Source of the DNA: Candidatus Liberimonas magnetica | GTDB lineage: Bacteria; Elusimicrobiota; Endomicrobiia; Endomicrobiales; JAFGIL01 | Length of the DNA: 64,000 bases | Assembly (NCBI GenBank): GCA_020523885.1 | Contig: JAJAPY010000008.1 | Location: 20,872-84,871 of the forward strand | Reading direction: 5' to 3' | Shown: positions 57,437-64,000 of the stretch, piece by piece | Layout: the number at the start of each line of letters is the position of its first letter | Numbering within the stretch: the first letter of the stretch is position 1 | Position numbers and translations under genes: made by a program | The notes under the pieces: generated by a model | The model's database searches: none | What the model was told of the DNA's origin: nothing | What the model saw: the letters and a program-made list of their open reading frames with translations, nothing else

Positions 57437-57700
57437 TTATTTGCCTAATAGTCGTTCGTATTCGGAATGTGAACCAATCCAAAACCAAATAATACCTTCT
57501 TTCTCTGGAATACTAACACCTAATGCTCTTATATACAAGCTTGAACGTACTGACCAATATTTACCAATTCGTTTTAGTCGTAATGAAGGATGTTTAGGAT
57601 TATTTTTAAGAAGTTCAAAACTTGTGTTTGCAGAGTTTTTTTCTGTTGCAGATAGCTTGATATAAAATTCCCAGAATGCCGGTGACGTGAAATGTTTCAT
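57437..57700 (-). CDS. RelE/ParE-superfamily toxin (cassette 6)
   Basis: NPKHPSLRLKRIGKYWSVR...RALGV...WFWIGSHSEYERLL pattern. ATGA overlap with the antitoxin stop. Confidence 0.6.
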   Translation of the reverse strand: MKHFTSPAFWEFYIKLSATEKNSANTSFELLKNNPKHPSLRLKRIGKYWSVRSSLYIRALGVSIPEKEGIIWFWIGSHSEYERLLGK

Positions 57701-57894
57701 AATTCTTTGCATTTCCCTGCTTTGTAAGTATTCAATGCTTTTTCTGCAATTTGGTCCAATTTGCCTTTTGAAACATCTACTTCAATTTCTTTATCCCATT
57801 TATCTTCTTCGATTTTATGGAACCATTCTGATAAGGAAATTAATTCCTTTTCTTCAAGATGTTCAATTGCATTTTTAATTTCATTAATTGTCAT
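57697..57894 (-). CDS. Addiction-module antitoxin component (cassette 6)
   Basis: MTINEIKNAIEHLEEKELISLSEWF... small acidic helical protein. Start trimmed to Met 57894. Confidence 0.55.
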   Translation of the reverse strand: MTINEIKNAIEHLEEKELISLSEWFHKIEEDKWDKEIEVDVSKGKLDQIAEKALNTYKAGKCKEL

Positions 57895-57956
57895 AATAAC
57901 CTCCGAACATATAACATATTTCGTTATAAGTATAATCAATAATTATTTAATTTTCA

Positions 57957-58013
57957 AGATAACATCCGAAATCAGTGGTTTTGCGGAGCAAAATCCGCTG
58001 GATTGTGTTAGAA
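57957..58013 (-). repeat. attC
   Basis: AGATAACATCCGAAATCAGTGGTTTTGC-GGA-GCAAAATCCGCTGGATTGTGTTAGAA. Confidence 0.8.
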
Positions 58014-58043
58014 ATTTCATTGCTAAAGTTGTCAAGTTGACTT

Positions 58044-58722
58044 CGTCCCCTAAGTCCCTGTGTTTTTTATTAATCAGCTAATAGTATTTCTCTATCCCAC
58101 CAAAGCCTATTTGCTTGTTTTCTTTTGTCTTTGCAATAAAATTTGTAAGTCTCTTTTGAAATTCTTCTGGGCGATTCCGCGCTGCTTCAATGTAAGCAAT
58201 ACGTATTCTTCTATATGAGTCGGAAAACCTGTGATAATTCTCCCATGCCAAATGATCGCTTTTTATTGCATTAATTATATCTGGAGAGAAAATAAACTTC
58301 TCGTCAATAATCCTTTTCGCAATATCTAGTATTGATGGATGCAGTAAATTCTCCTTAAGAAGCCATTTTAACCTCTCTTTGTTAGCTTGTGAGTAACCAC
58401 TCTTGGGGTTTCTTGGTGAGAATCTTTGTGCGCTACTATTTTCGCTAACAGATTTCAGTTGGCTATCAATCCAGCCGAAACACAAAGCTTCTTCCACAGC
58501 GTCGTTATATGATATACGCGGTTTTCCTGAAGACTTGTTTGGATAGACCAGCCAGACCTCTTTCTCTTTACTAGAGTTTAGTTCAAGCCATGCACGCCAG
58601 TCTTTTCTGTTGACTACATACAGCGTTTTAAGTTTATCCACAATAACAACCATTCTGCGTTAACTAACCTAACTCAGGCACAAAAAGCTATCGCTATTTT
58701 CTTTCCAACATCCGAAATCAGC
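58044..58722. repeat. 679-bp direct repeat, copy 2 (YdeI cassette)
   Basis: See 53998-54676. Confidence 0.85.
58078..58653 (-). CDS. YdeI/OmpD-associated family protein, copy 2 (cassette 5)
   Basis: The 191-aa product is identical to 54032-54607. Confidence 0.75.
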   Translation of the reverse strand: MVVIVDKLKTLYVVNRKDWRAWLELNSSKEKEVWLVYPNKSSGKPRISYNDAVEEALCFGWIDSQLKSVSENSSAQRFSPRNPKSGYSQANKERLKWLLKENLLHPSILDIAKRIIDEKFIFSPDIINAIKSDHLAWENYHRFSDSYRRIRIAYIEAARNRPEEFQKRLTNFIAKTKENKQIGFGGIEKYY

Positions 58723-58766
58723 TGCCCGACCCGAAGGGGCGGGTCAGCTGGATTGATTTGTTAGAT
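58703..58766 (-). repeat. attC
   Basis: TTCCAACATCCGAAATCAGCTGCCCGACCC-GAAG-GGGCGGGTCAGCTGGATTGATTTGTTAGAT. Confidence 0.8.
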
Positions 58767-58769
58767 GTT

Positions 58770-59396
58770 TTATTGGTTTCTTAAAATAAAATCTTGTATA
58801 CCTTGATACATAATTTTTACCTGCTCTAAAGTATATTCGTTAAAACAACCATGTGCTGCCTTATTTCTTAAGTCTAACCAGCTTGTTATTGATTTTTGGT
58901 CCAGTTTAGAGTAAGCATTAGCTTTATACAGTTCTGCATTCATTGTATCTGCTTTTATGGGTTTATCATTTTGTGTTGTTGGAATATTGTTTGTGCTACA
59001 TAATAACCTAAGTTTTTCTTCTAATACTGCACCGACAATAACAGCCGCAGGGTCTTTGTAACTATTGTCTATTAAATACTGGGACATTTCTAAAAAATCA
59101 GTAAATATATCTCCTTGAACTATTGTTTCAACTGTTTTTAAATATCCAGCTTCATAGTCTGCTCGCAAAGCTTTTAAAGCACCAACAATAAATGCTGGAC
59201 TAAATTCTATTTGACTTCTGTATGGCGATCCTTTTGGAGCTATTCTCGTTAGGCATGATGTTAATCTTACTCTTACCTCTGTTTTAACAGCATCCTCTAA
59301 ATCAGAAAGATCATCATATTTTGCTTTTTTCCTATACTCTTCATAAAAAAGTAATAATGAACTAATTTCATCAATAATCTTCTTTGCATTTATCAT
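58770..59396 (-). CDS. HEPN-domain protein (DUF4145-like C-terminus) (cassette 4)
   Basis: C-terminal PAAVIVGAVLEEKLRLL ... WLDLRNKAAHG (R-x4-H). About 110-aa helical N-domain. Confidence 0.55.
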   Translation of the reverse strand: MINAKKIIDEISSLLLFYEEYRKKAKYDDLSDLEDAVKTEVRVRLTSCLTRIAPKGSPYRSQIEFSPAFIVGALKALRADYEAGYLKTVETIVQGDIFTDFLEMSQYLIDNSYKDPAAVIVGAVLEEKLRLLCSTNNIPTTQNDKPIKADTMNAELYKANAYSKLDQKSITSWLDLRNKAAHGCFNEYTLEQVKIMYQGIQDFILRNQ

Positions 59397-59407
59397 TTTA
59401 ATTCCTC

Positions 59408-59465
59408 ATCTAACATCCAAGCTCAGCGGCGCCGGAACGGCGTCCGCTGTAGCGTTTTGTTAAAC
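59408..59465 (-). repeat. attC
   Basis: ATCTAACATCCAAGCTCAGCGGCGCCG-GAA-CGGCGTCCGCTGTAGCGTTTTGTTAAAC. Confidence 0.8.
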
Positions 59466-59489
59466 TCTTTTAGCCCAATTAACGAAAAT

Positions 59490-60098
59490 CTACTTTTGTT
59501 CACTAGGATTAATAATATCTAATACTTTAAATTCTGTATATTTTAGTTTTTCTACTTTTTCGGGTTTGTTTGATGTTAATAATAAATTATAATAATTTAA
59601 TGTAATTATATCATTAGGTTCAATAAACTCATACGGCAAATCAACTGTTACCATATACTTATTGTCTTTAGTAAAATATATAAACCTTCCAGTAGGTTCA
59701 AGTTCTATCGTTTTTTCTTTAATAAGATCATAATAAGCTAATGTTTCTATTTTTAGTTTTCCACCATAGGTAAAATGCTGTGAAAATAAAAAGTATCCTT
59801 TTTTATCTAGTGTTTCAAAAGCATCATGATATATAAGATAGCTATCCTTAAATTCTTCGTGTATTTTGTCATTTTCATAAATATTGTACTTTCTATATAC
59901 CATTGGATAATATTCTTTTCTATGTTTCTCCTTTGTGTTTCCATTCCATATAATTTCATAATCGATTATTAATGGTTTTACATCATTTAAATTTACATTA
60001 GGATGATTAATTTTAGTAACTTGTCCACCAATTATTGAATCAGCCGATATAAAATGCACATTAAATAAAATTACCAAAAAGGTGATAAATATTCTCAT
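59490..60098 (-). CDS. Secreted protein, unknown function (cassette 3)
   Basis: Signal peptide MRIFITFLVILFNVHFISA. No family recognised. Confidence 0.6.
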   Translation of the reverse strand: MRIFITFLVILFNVHFISADSIIGGQVTKINHPNVNLNDVKPLIIDYEIIWNGNTKEKHRKEYYPMVYRKYNIYENDKIHEEFKDSYLIYHDAFETLDKKGYFLFSQHFTYGGKLKIETLAYYDLIKEKTIELEPTGRFIYFTKDNKYMVTVDLPYEFIEPNDIITLNYYNLLLTSNKPEKVEKLKYTEFKVLDIINPSEQK

Positions 60099-60125
60099 AT
60101 TCTTTCTTTCTCCATTTTTTCATTT

Positions 60126-60195
60126 GTTTAACATCCGAAATCAGCGGTTTTGGCACGCGCAGCGTGACAAAATCCGCTGGATTGACTTGTTAGAA
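60126..60195 (-). repeat. attC, longest at 70 nt
   Basis: GTTTAACATCCGAAATCAGCGGTTTTGGCACGCGCAGCGTGACAAAATCCGCTGGATTGACTTGTTAGAA. Confidence 0.8.
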
Positions 60196-60275
60196 TATTT
60201 ATTGCTTTTTAAGCTAAACTAATCAACTAACCCCGCCCACTATTATTTAAGGTTTCGAATTAAACAAAACTTATT

Positions 60276-60800
60276 TCACATTTCTCTGCCGTATATAAGG
60301 GTATCGTAAGGATTTGTATCAAGTTTTCCCATAGATCGTTTATAGGCTATACAAGCGGAAGGAGAGTTGAATTGTTTATGAATAACAACATACTTGTTTT
60401 GTCCATTTGTATCCATAAAAGCATAAGTTGGCTTTGCGTTGGTGTTAGTATTATAGGATAGTAATGCTATTTTGGTTTGATAGCGATTATTTGTTACTGG
60501 ATAATTTTCAAAGCTATCTTTTATTGTATATAAATGTGTATAAGTTATGGTTGTTGGAGCTTTTATCCAAGAATCGTAAGCTGTTTGTGTGGATTTAATT
60601 ACTATATATACTTCTATTAAATCTGTATTTTTATCGAATCCTTTTGATAAATAAAATTCAAATGGATTTGCGTCTGCATATCCTGAAAATGTTTCTGAAT
60701 AAGCTACGGACGGAATCCCTTTTTCACCATCTTTACCTTTCAACTGGTCGCACCCACAGAAAACCATTGAACAAATCACAATAGCCCAAAAATACCGCAT
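60276..60800 (-). CDS. Probable lipoprotein/exported protein, unknown function (cassette 2)
   Basis: MRYFWAIVICSMVFCGC leader. ATG at 60800. Confidence 0.55.
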   Translation of the reverse strand: MRYFWAIVICSMVFCGCDQLKGKDGEKGIPSVAYSETFSGYADANPFEFYLSKGFDKNTDLIEVYIVIKSTQTAYDSWIKAPTTITYTHLYTIKDSFENYPVTNNRYQTKIALLSYNTNTNAKPTYAFMDTNGQNKYVVIHKQFNSPSACIAYKRSMGKLDTNPYDTLIYGREM

Positions 60801-60815
60801 TTTTTCTCCTCCTTT

Positions 60816-60879
60816 TTCTAACATCCGAAATCAGCGGCCCGACCCGCAGGGGAGGGTCAGCTGGATTGACTTGTTATAT
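60816..60879 (-). repeat. attC
   Basis: TTCTAACATCCGAAATCAGCGGCCCGACCC-GCAG-GGGAGGGTCAGCTGGATTGACTTGTTATAT. Confidence 0.8.
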
Positions 60880-60888
60880 TGGTAGTAT

Positions 60889-61614
60889 TTATGACAAATC
60901 TCTGTATAAAATATGTAATACTTCCAGTGCTATTTTGGCTTCCTCGGTGTCAAATGTTAACTTGTCTCGAATTTCTCGCCCAGGATGTACTAAATTACGG
61001 TATTCACGTAAAGAGTGTGACAATTTTTCAATTCCTGAACTTACTAATTTTAAATCTACGCTGACATTTATTAAATCTGAAAAATCCCATTTTGTGATAT
61101 CAGGCTTATTAGGTGCTTGTGATGAACTCTTTGCCGATGATTCATTAACCAAGAGTAGGTCCATTAATATTGCTTCTATTGAGCCACCCGAAAGTATAAT
61201 GACTGATTTCCAGCACTCTGATACATAAGCTCTTTGTATTTCTAAATAATCTCTTTCAAGTATTTTTCTTAGTTCTGTATTACTAATGAAAGAAAATTCT
61301 TTTAATTCAGTTATTGGAGTTTGAGTAGGTTCGTCAATCGCTACTTTTAATCTTGATATGGCAGTTGATAGATACGAACGAACCCCGGTACGGTTGTATA
61401 TTAGATTTCCAGCTTCGTCAACTTTGTAATACTCTTGAGGGTTAAATGATGGTAATAATTTGGGGAACGAACTATCGATTTCCTTTAATTCTTTAATTAG
61501 AACATTAGCAGGATAAGCAGAAATATAAATACCTCTTTCTTCTTCAATAACTTTTTGCTGCCCTAGAAGAGAATGATAATATTGTCGCAATTGTTTTAAT
61601 TCAATTTTGGTCAT
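60889..61614 (-). CDS. HEPN-like protein (cassette 1, attI-proximal)
   Basis: C-terminal CWKSVIILSGGSIEAILMDLL ... LSHSLREYRNLVHPG (R-x6-H / RN..H). AGGAG RBS 7 nt upstream. Confidence 0.5.
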   Translation of the reverse strand: MTKIELKQLRQYYHSLLGQQKVIEEERGIYISAYPANVLIKELKEIDSSFPKLLPSFNPQEYYKVDEAGNLIYNRTGVRSYLSTAISRLKVAIDEPTQTPITELKEFSFISNTELRKILERDYLEIQRAYVSECWKSVIILSGGSIEAILMDLLLVNESSAKSSSQAPNKPDITKWDFSDLINVSVDLKLVSSGIEKLSHSLREYRNLVHPGREIRDKLTFDTEEAKIALEVLHILYRDLS

Positions 61615-61630
61615 TAAATTCTCCTTTGCT

Positions 61631-61646
61631 ATATAACAGTTATTAT
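61631..61646 (-). other. Candidate attI simple site (ATATAAC-A-GTTATTA; minus strand G|TTATAT core)
   Basis: Imperfect palindrome 17 nt upstream of the first cassette ATG. Same GTTATAT core as attC 60873-60879. Confidence 0.45.
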
Positions 61647-61688
61647 ACGTAATGCCTGTTTATTTTTTGTTTCGACCTTTATAGCGGT

Positions 61689-61717
61689 ATTTTACTATTT
61701 TAAATAAGTAAATGCAA
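61689..61717 (-). promoter_or_regulatory. Candidate cassette promoter Pc, TTGCAT-17-TAAAAT (minus strand)
   Basis: -35 at 61712-61717 and -10 at 61689-61694, reverse-complement reading. Confidence 0.4.
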
Positions 61718-61745
61718 AGAATTATTACATTAGTAATAAATACAT

Positions 61746-61775
61746 TTGACAACAACTGGATAAATAACATACAAT
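61746..61775 (+). promoter_or_regulatory. Candidate PintI, TTGACA-18-TACAAT
   Basis: -35 at 61746-61751 and -10 at 61770-61775, about 55 nt upstream of the intI ATG. Confidence 0.45.
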
Positions 61776-61830
61776 AGCACAAAATACGAAACGCTGGATA
61801 TTGAATATATTTAATAAATCGAGGTTTTTT

Positions 61831-63159
61831 ATGGACAAAACAATTTTGCCGGAATTTCAGGCGTTTTTGTTGTTAAAAAGGCTTGTGAAAGAAAAAAGTG
61901 TGAGTTATTATGCGTCTTGGGTAAGCAAATTCATTGGATTTTCTAACACAAATGAAAAACTTAATGATACAGGAAGCATAGATTCTTTGATAGGCGAGTT
62001 TATAAGCTCTCTTGGCAACGGGAACAAAATTGAAGAGTGGCAGTTGCAGCAGGCAAGGGACGCAGTAAATCTGTATATCAACAATTATCTCAAAGGTGAC
62101 ACTTCAAGCGTCCTGCCAAACAGAACGCTTGAAATGCTGCATGCTGCTATGGATTATTCAGGTGTACTTAACCGCATGAAAACTGCTTTAGAAGTAAAAC
62201 ACTACGCTTATAAAACGGAACGGTCGTACCTGGACTGGGCTAAAAGATTTTTTGAGTATGTATCTAAAACAAACAGAAAAGATGCGGCAATCAGCGCGAT
62301 AAGCCAGAATGATGTAAAGGACTATTTAACCCATTTGGCGCTGCATCATAAAGTTGCCGCTTCGACACAAAACCAGGCTTTTAACGCTCTTCTTTTTCTT
62401 TTAAAAAACGTGCTTGATGCGGACACAAACGATCTTGCTAAAACTGTGCGCGCCAAACGCGGCCCAAAACTTCCTGTTGTGTTGAGTGTTGAAGAGGTGC
62501 AGAAGCTGCTTGACGGGATGGAAGGGGAAAACAAGCTTATAGCCCAGCTTCTGTATGGTGCTGGCTTGAGGCTTATGGAAGTAGCGCGCTTAAGGGTAAA
62601 AGACATTGATTTTTCATCGAATTTGCTGTTTGTGCGTAGTGCCAAGGGTGATAAAGACAGAACAACTGTTTTGCCGGGAATGATTAAGGAAGACTTGCAG
62701 CTGCAACTTCAAAAAGTGAAAGAGCTGCATGAGAAAGATATCGCGCTAGGGCACGGTGAGGTTTATATGCCCGATGCCTTAAGCAGAAAATATCCCAATG
62801 CAGGGAAAACCATTGGCTGGCAGTATGTGTTTCCGGCAGCAAAGCTTTCGGTTGATCCGCGCTCCGCTAAGGTGAGGCGTCATCATATTGGCGAAAAATC
62901 AATCCAAATTGCAATTCAAAAAGCAGTCAGGAATGCAGGTATTGTTAAACCCGCCTCTGTGCACACCCTGCGCCACAGCTTTGCAACGCATCTATTGTTG
63001 AACGGAACTAACGTTCGCCAGATACAAGACCTGCTTGGACATAAACACCTTGAAACAACTATGATATACACCCATGTTGTACGCAACATGTACAATGCTC
63101 CACAAAGCCCGCTGGATGTGCTGCAGAATAAATTAAAAAGTGAAAATAAACAAAGTTAA
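61831..63159 (+). CDS. intI: Integron integrase with extended N-terminus (two SAM-like N-domains)
   Basis: Collinear with IntI1 through ALSRKYPNAGKTIGWQYVFPAAKLSVDPRSAKVRRHHI (IntI-specific segment), HTLRHSFATHLL and LLGHKHLETTMIYTHV. ATG at 61831 behind GAGG. Confidence 0.9.
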   Translation: MDKTILPEFQAFLLLKRLVKEKSVSYYASWVSKFIGFSNTNEKLNDTGSIDSLIGEFISSLGNGNKIEEWQLQQARDAVNLYINNYLKGDTSSVLPNRTLEMLHAAMDYSGVLNRMKTALEVKHYAYKTERSYLDWAKRFFEYVSKTNRKDAAISAISQNDVKDYLTHLALHHKVAASTQNQAFNALLFLLKNVLDADTNDLAKTVRAKRGPKLPVVLSVEEVQKLLDGMEGENKLIAQLLYGAGLRLMEVARLRVKDIDFSSNLLFVRSAKGDKDRTTVLPGMIKEDLQLQLQKVKELHEKDIALGHGEVYMPDALSRKYPNAGKTIGWQYVFPAAKLSVDPRSAKVRRHHIGEKSIQIAIQKAVRNAGIVKPASVHTLRHSFATHLLLNGTNVRQIQDLLGHKHLETTMIYTHVVRNMYNAPQSPLDVLQNKLKSENKQS

Positions 63160-63160
63160 G

Positions 63161-63215
63161 CTAGATTCCTGCTGGAGTTTACCCTCGAACGCCCTAATCG
63201 GGGGCAGGAATGACG
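63161..63215. repeat. REP-like hairpin GATTCCTGC...GCAGGAATG
   Basis: Same arm sequence as 40739-40758. Confidence 0.6.
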
Positions 63216-63225
63216 GGATTTTGTA

Positions 63226-63381
63226 ATGATACGTCAAAAAGGAAGCCATACTTTTTGGGAACACAATGATGGCAGATGTACGGTGGTCCCTATTCATAAG
63301 GGCAAGGATATCGGAAGAGGTTTATTGAAAAGTATTTTAAACGATATAGATATTGAAACGGAAAATTTTTTTAAATTATAA
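63226..63381 (+). pseudogene. N-terminally truncated HicA-like toxin remnant (51 codons)
   Basis: MIRQKGSHTFWEHNDGRCTVVPIHKGKDIGRGLLKSILNDIDI matches the HicA core from GSH onward. The N-terminal ~20 aa are missing. Confidence 0.5.
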
Positions 63382-63850
63382 ATATGGATTTTACGGGTAT
63401 AGCCCGTGTTGTATATAACTGCGTGTTAGTGCCACGAAGTCTGAAAGATGAAGTTTCTTCATCATAAATAGCTTCAAACAGGAAGGTCTTTGGTACGCGA
63501 GCTGTTGGGACATAAGTGTCCAATAAGGAACTGCTCGTGCATTGAAAAATTAATGAAAAATTGATTTCTATGATGAGTGTAATGGGAAAATGATTCAAAA
63601 AGAATAGGGATTCTCGGAAAGCAGGACATAGTATTGAATATGTCCTTGATAAATTTAAGAAAGAAATGATGCGGTCCCGCCACTCAAAAAAACCTTGAAA
63701 AAACTTCAAAAAACAGGCAAAAATTGACAAAATAATATCAAAAATGTAAACTATATCTTCAATAAAGAAATTTTGAAGATAGAATAGCAAAACTCGAAAA
63801 AATATTAGCCCACCTCTTCGGTGGGCCCGCCGATGAGGCGGGGAGGCTTA

Positions 63851-64000
63851 GTGGAAATTTCCGCACTTGAACAATATGCAAAAAAGATAAGGCGCAGTAT
63901 AATAAATATGCTTTTAGATGCCGAATCCGGCCACCCGGGAGGCAGCCTTTCAGCCGCAGATATAGTTACAGCTTTATATTTTAACGAGATGAATTTTGAC
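63851..64000 (+). CDS. Transketolase N-terminal subunit (partial, runs off the window)
   Basis: GTG start behind GGGAGG. ESGHPGGSLSAADIVTALYF motif. Confidence 0.8.
   Translation, partial: MEISALEQYAKKIRRSIINMLLDAESGHPGGSLSAADIVTALYFNEMNFD

Larger units (their letters stand above)
52436..63159. mobile_element. Chromosomal integron: intI (+), attI/Pc region, ~15 minus-strand gene cassettes with a conserved attC family
   Basis: IntI-specific recombinase transcribed divergently from same-strand ORFs, each followed by a 57-70 nt imperfect palindrome with AAC...GTT cores. Confidence 0.9.

Noticed and set aside
52436-60879. Regularly spaced ~60-nt conserved repeats could be mistaken for a CRISPR array.
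   Set aside because: The repeats are imperfect palindromes with AAC/GTT cores. They are spaced 0.1-0.8 kb apart, and the intervals contain complete ORFs. There are no cas genes, and an intI gene is adjacent. These are attC sites.
61746-61780. Possible LexA box in the intI promoter (CTGGATAAATAACATA).
   Set aside because: It has two or more mismatches in the invariant CTGT/ACAG positions compared with the perfect box at 45674-45689. It is not supportable by eye.
63371-63790. 139-aa minus-strand ORF between the hicA remnant and tkt.
   Set aside because: It has a low-complexity Phe/Ile/Leu-rich product from AT-rich DNA, with no RBS and no family resemblance. It also overlaps the likely tkt promoter (TTGACA at 63726).

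Overview
AT-rich bacterial chromosomal segment, standard genetic code, taxon not determinable by eye. Bases 1-42.6 kb are a housekeeping backbone: tilS-hpt-ftsH, folE-folP, cdaA, pdxJ, glmS, acpS, nnrD, thiL-tsaE-tsaB, tatD, metG, holB, tmk, plus envelope and signalling genes. The intergenic regions are full of unusual hairpin and repeat elements. Two accessory regions flank dnaE (48.7-52.2 kb). (1) 42.65-48.6 kb is an island with lexA, which has a perfect CTGT-N8-ACAG SOS box inside a consensus promoter. Divergent from lexA lie a Bro-N/ORF6N-like gene and a tightly packed four-gene operon built around a calcineurin-like metallophosphoesterase and three proteins I cannot assign to any family. 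Downstream of lexA are a DUF1016/YhcG PDDEXK nuclease and three more small unknown proteins. (2) 52.4-63.2 kb is a classical chromosomal integron. It has a divergent intI with the integron-specific insertion, a candidate attI and Pc, and about 15 minus-strand cassettes separated by a conserved 57-70 nt attC family. Cassettes include two HEPN-type proteins, an Abi-like protein, a mini VRR-NUC-like nuclease, six TA-like gene pairs, two unknown exported proteins, a duplicated YdeI cassette, an ORF-less cassette and chimeric attC sites. The metallophosphoesterase operon and the HEPN/unknown cassettes are the best candidates for an undescribed (defence or SOS-linked) system. All family assignments come from motif recognition by eye and need HMM or structure confirmation.
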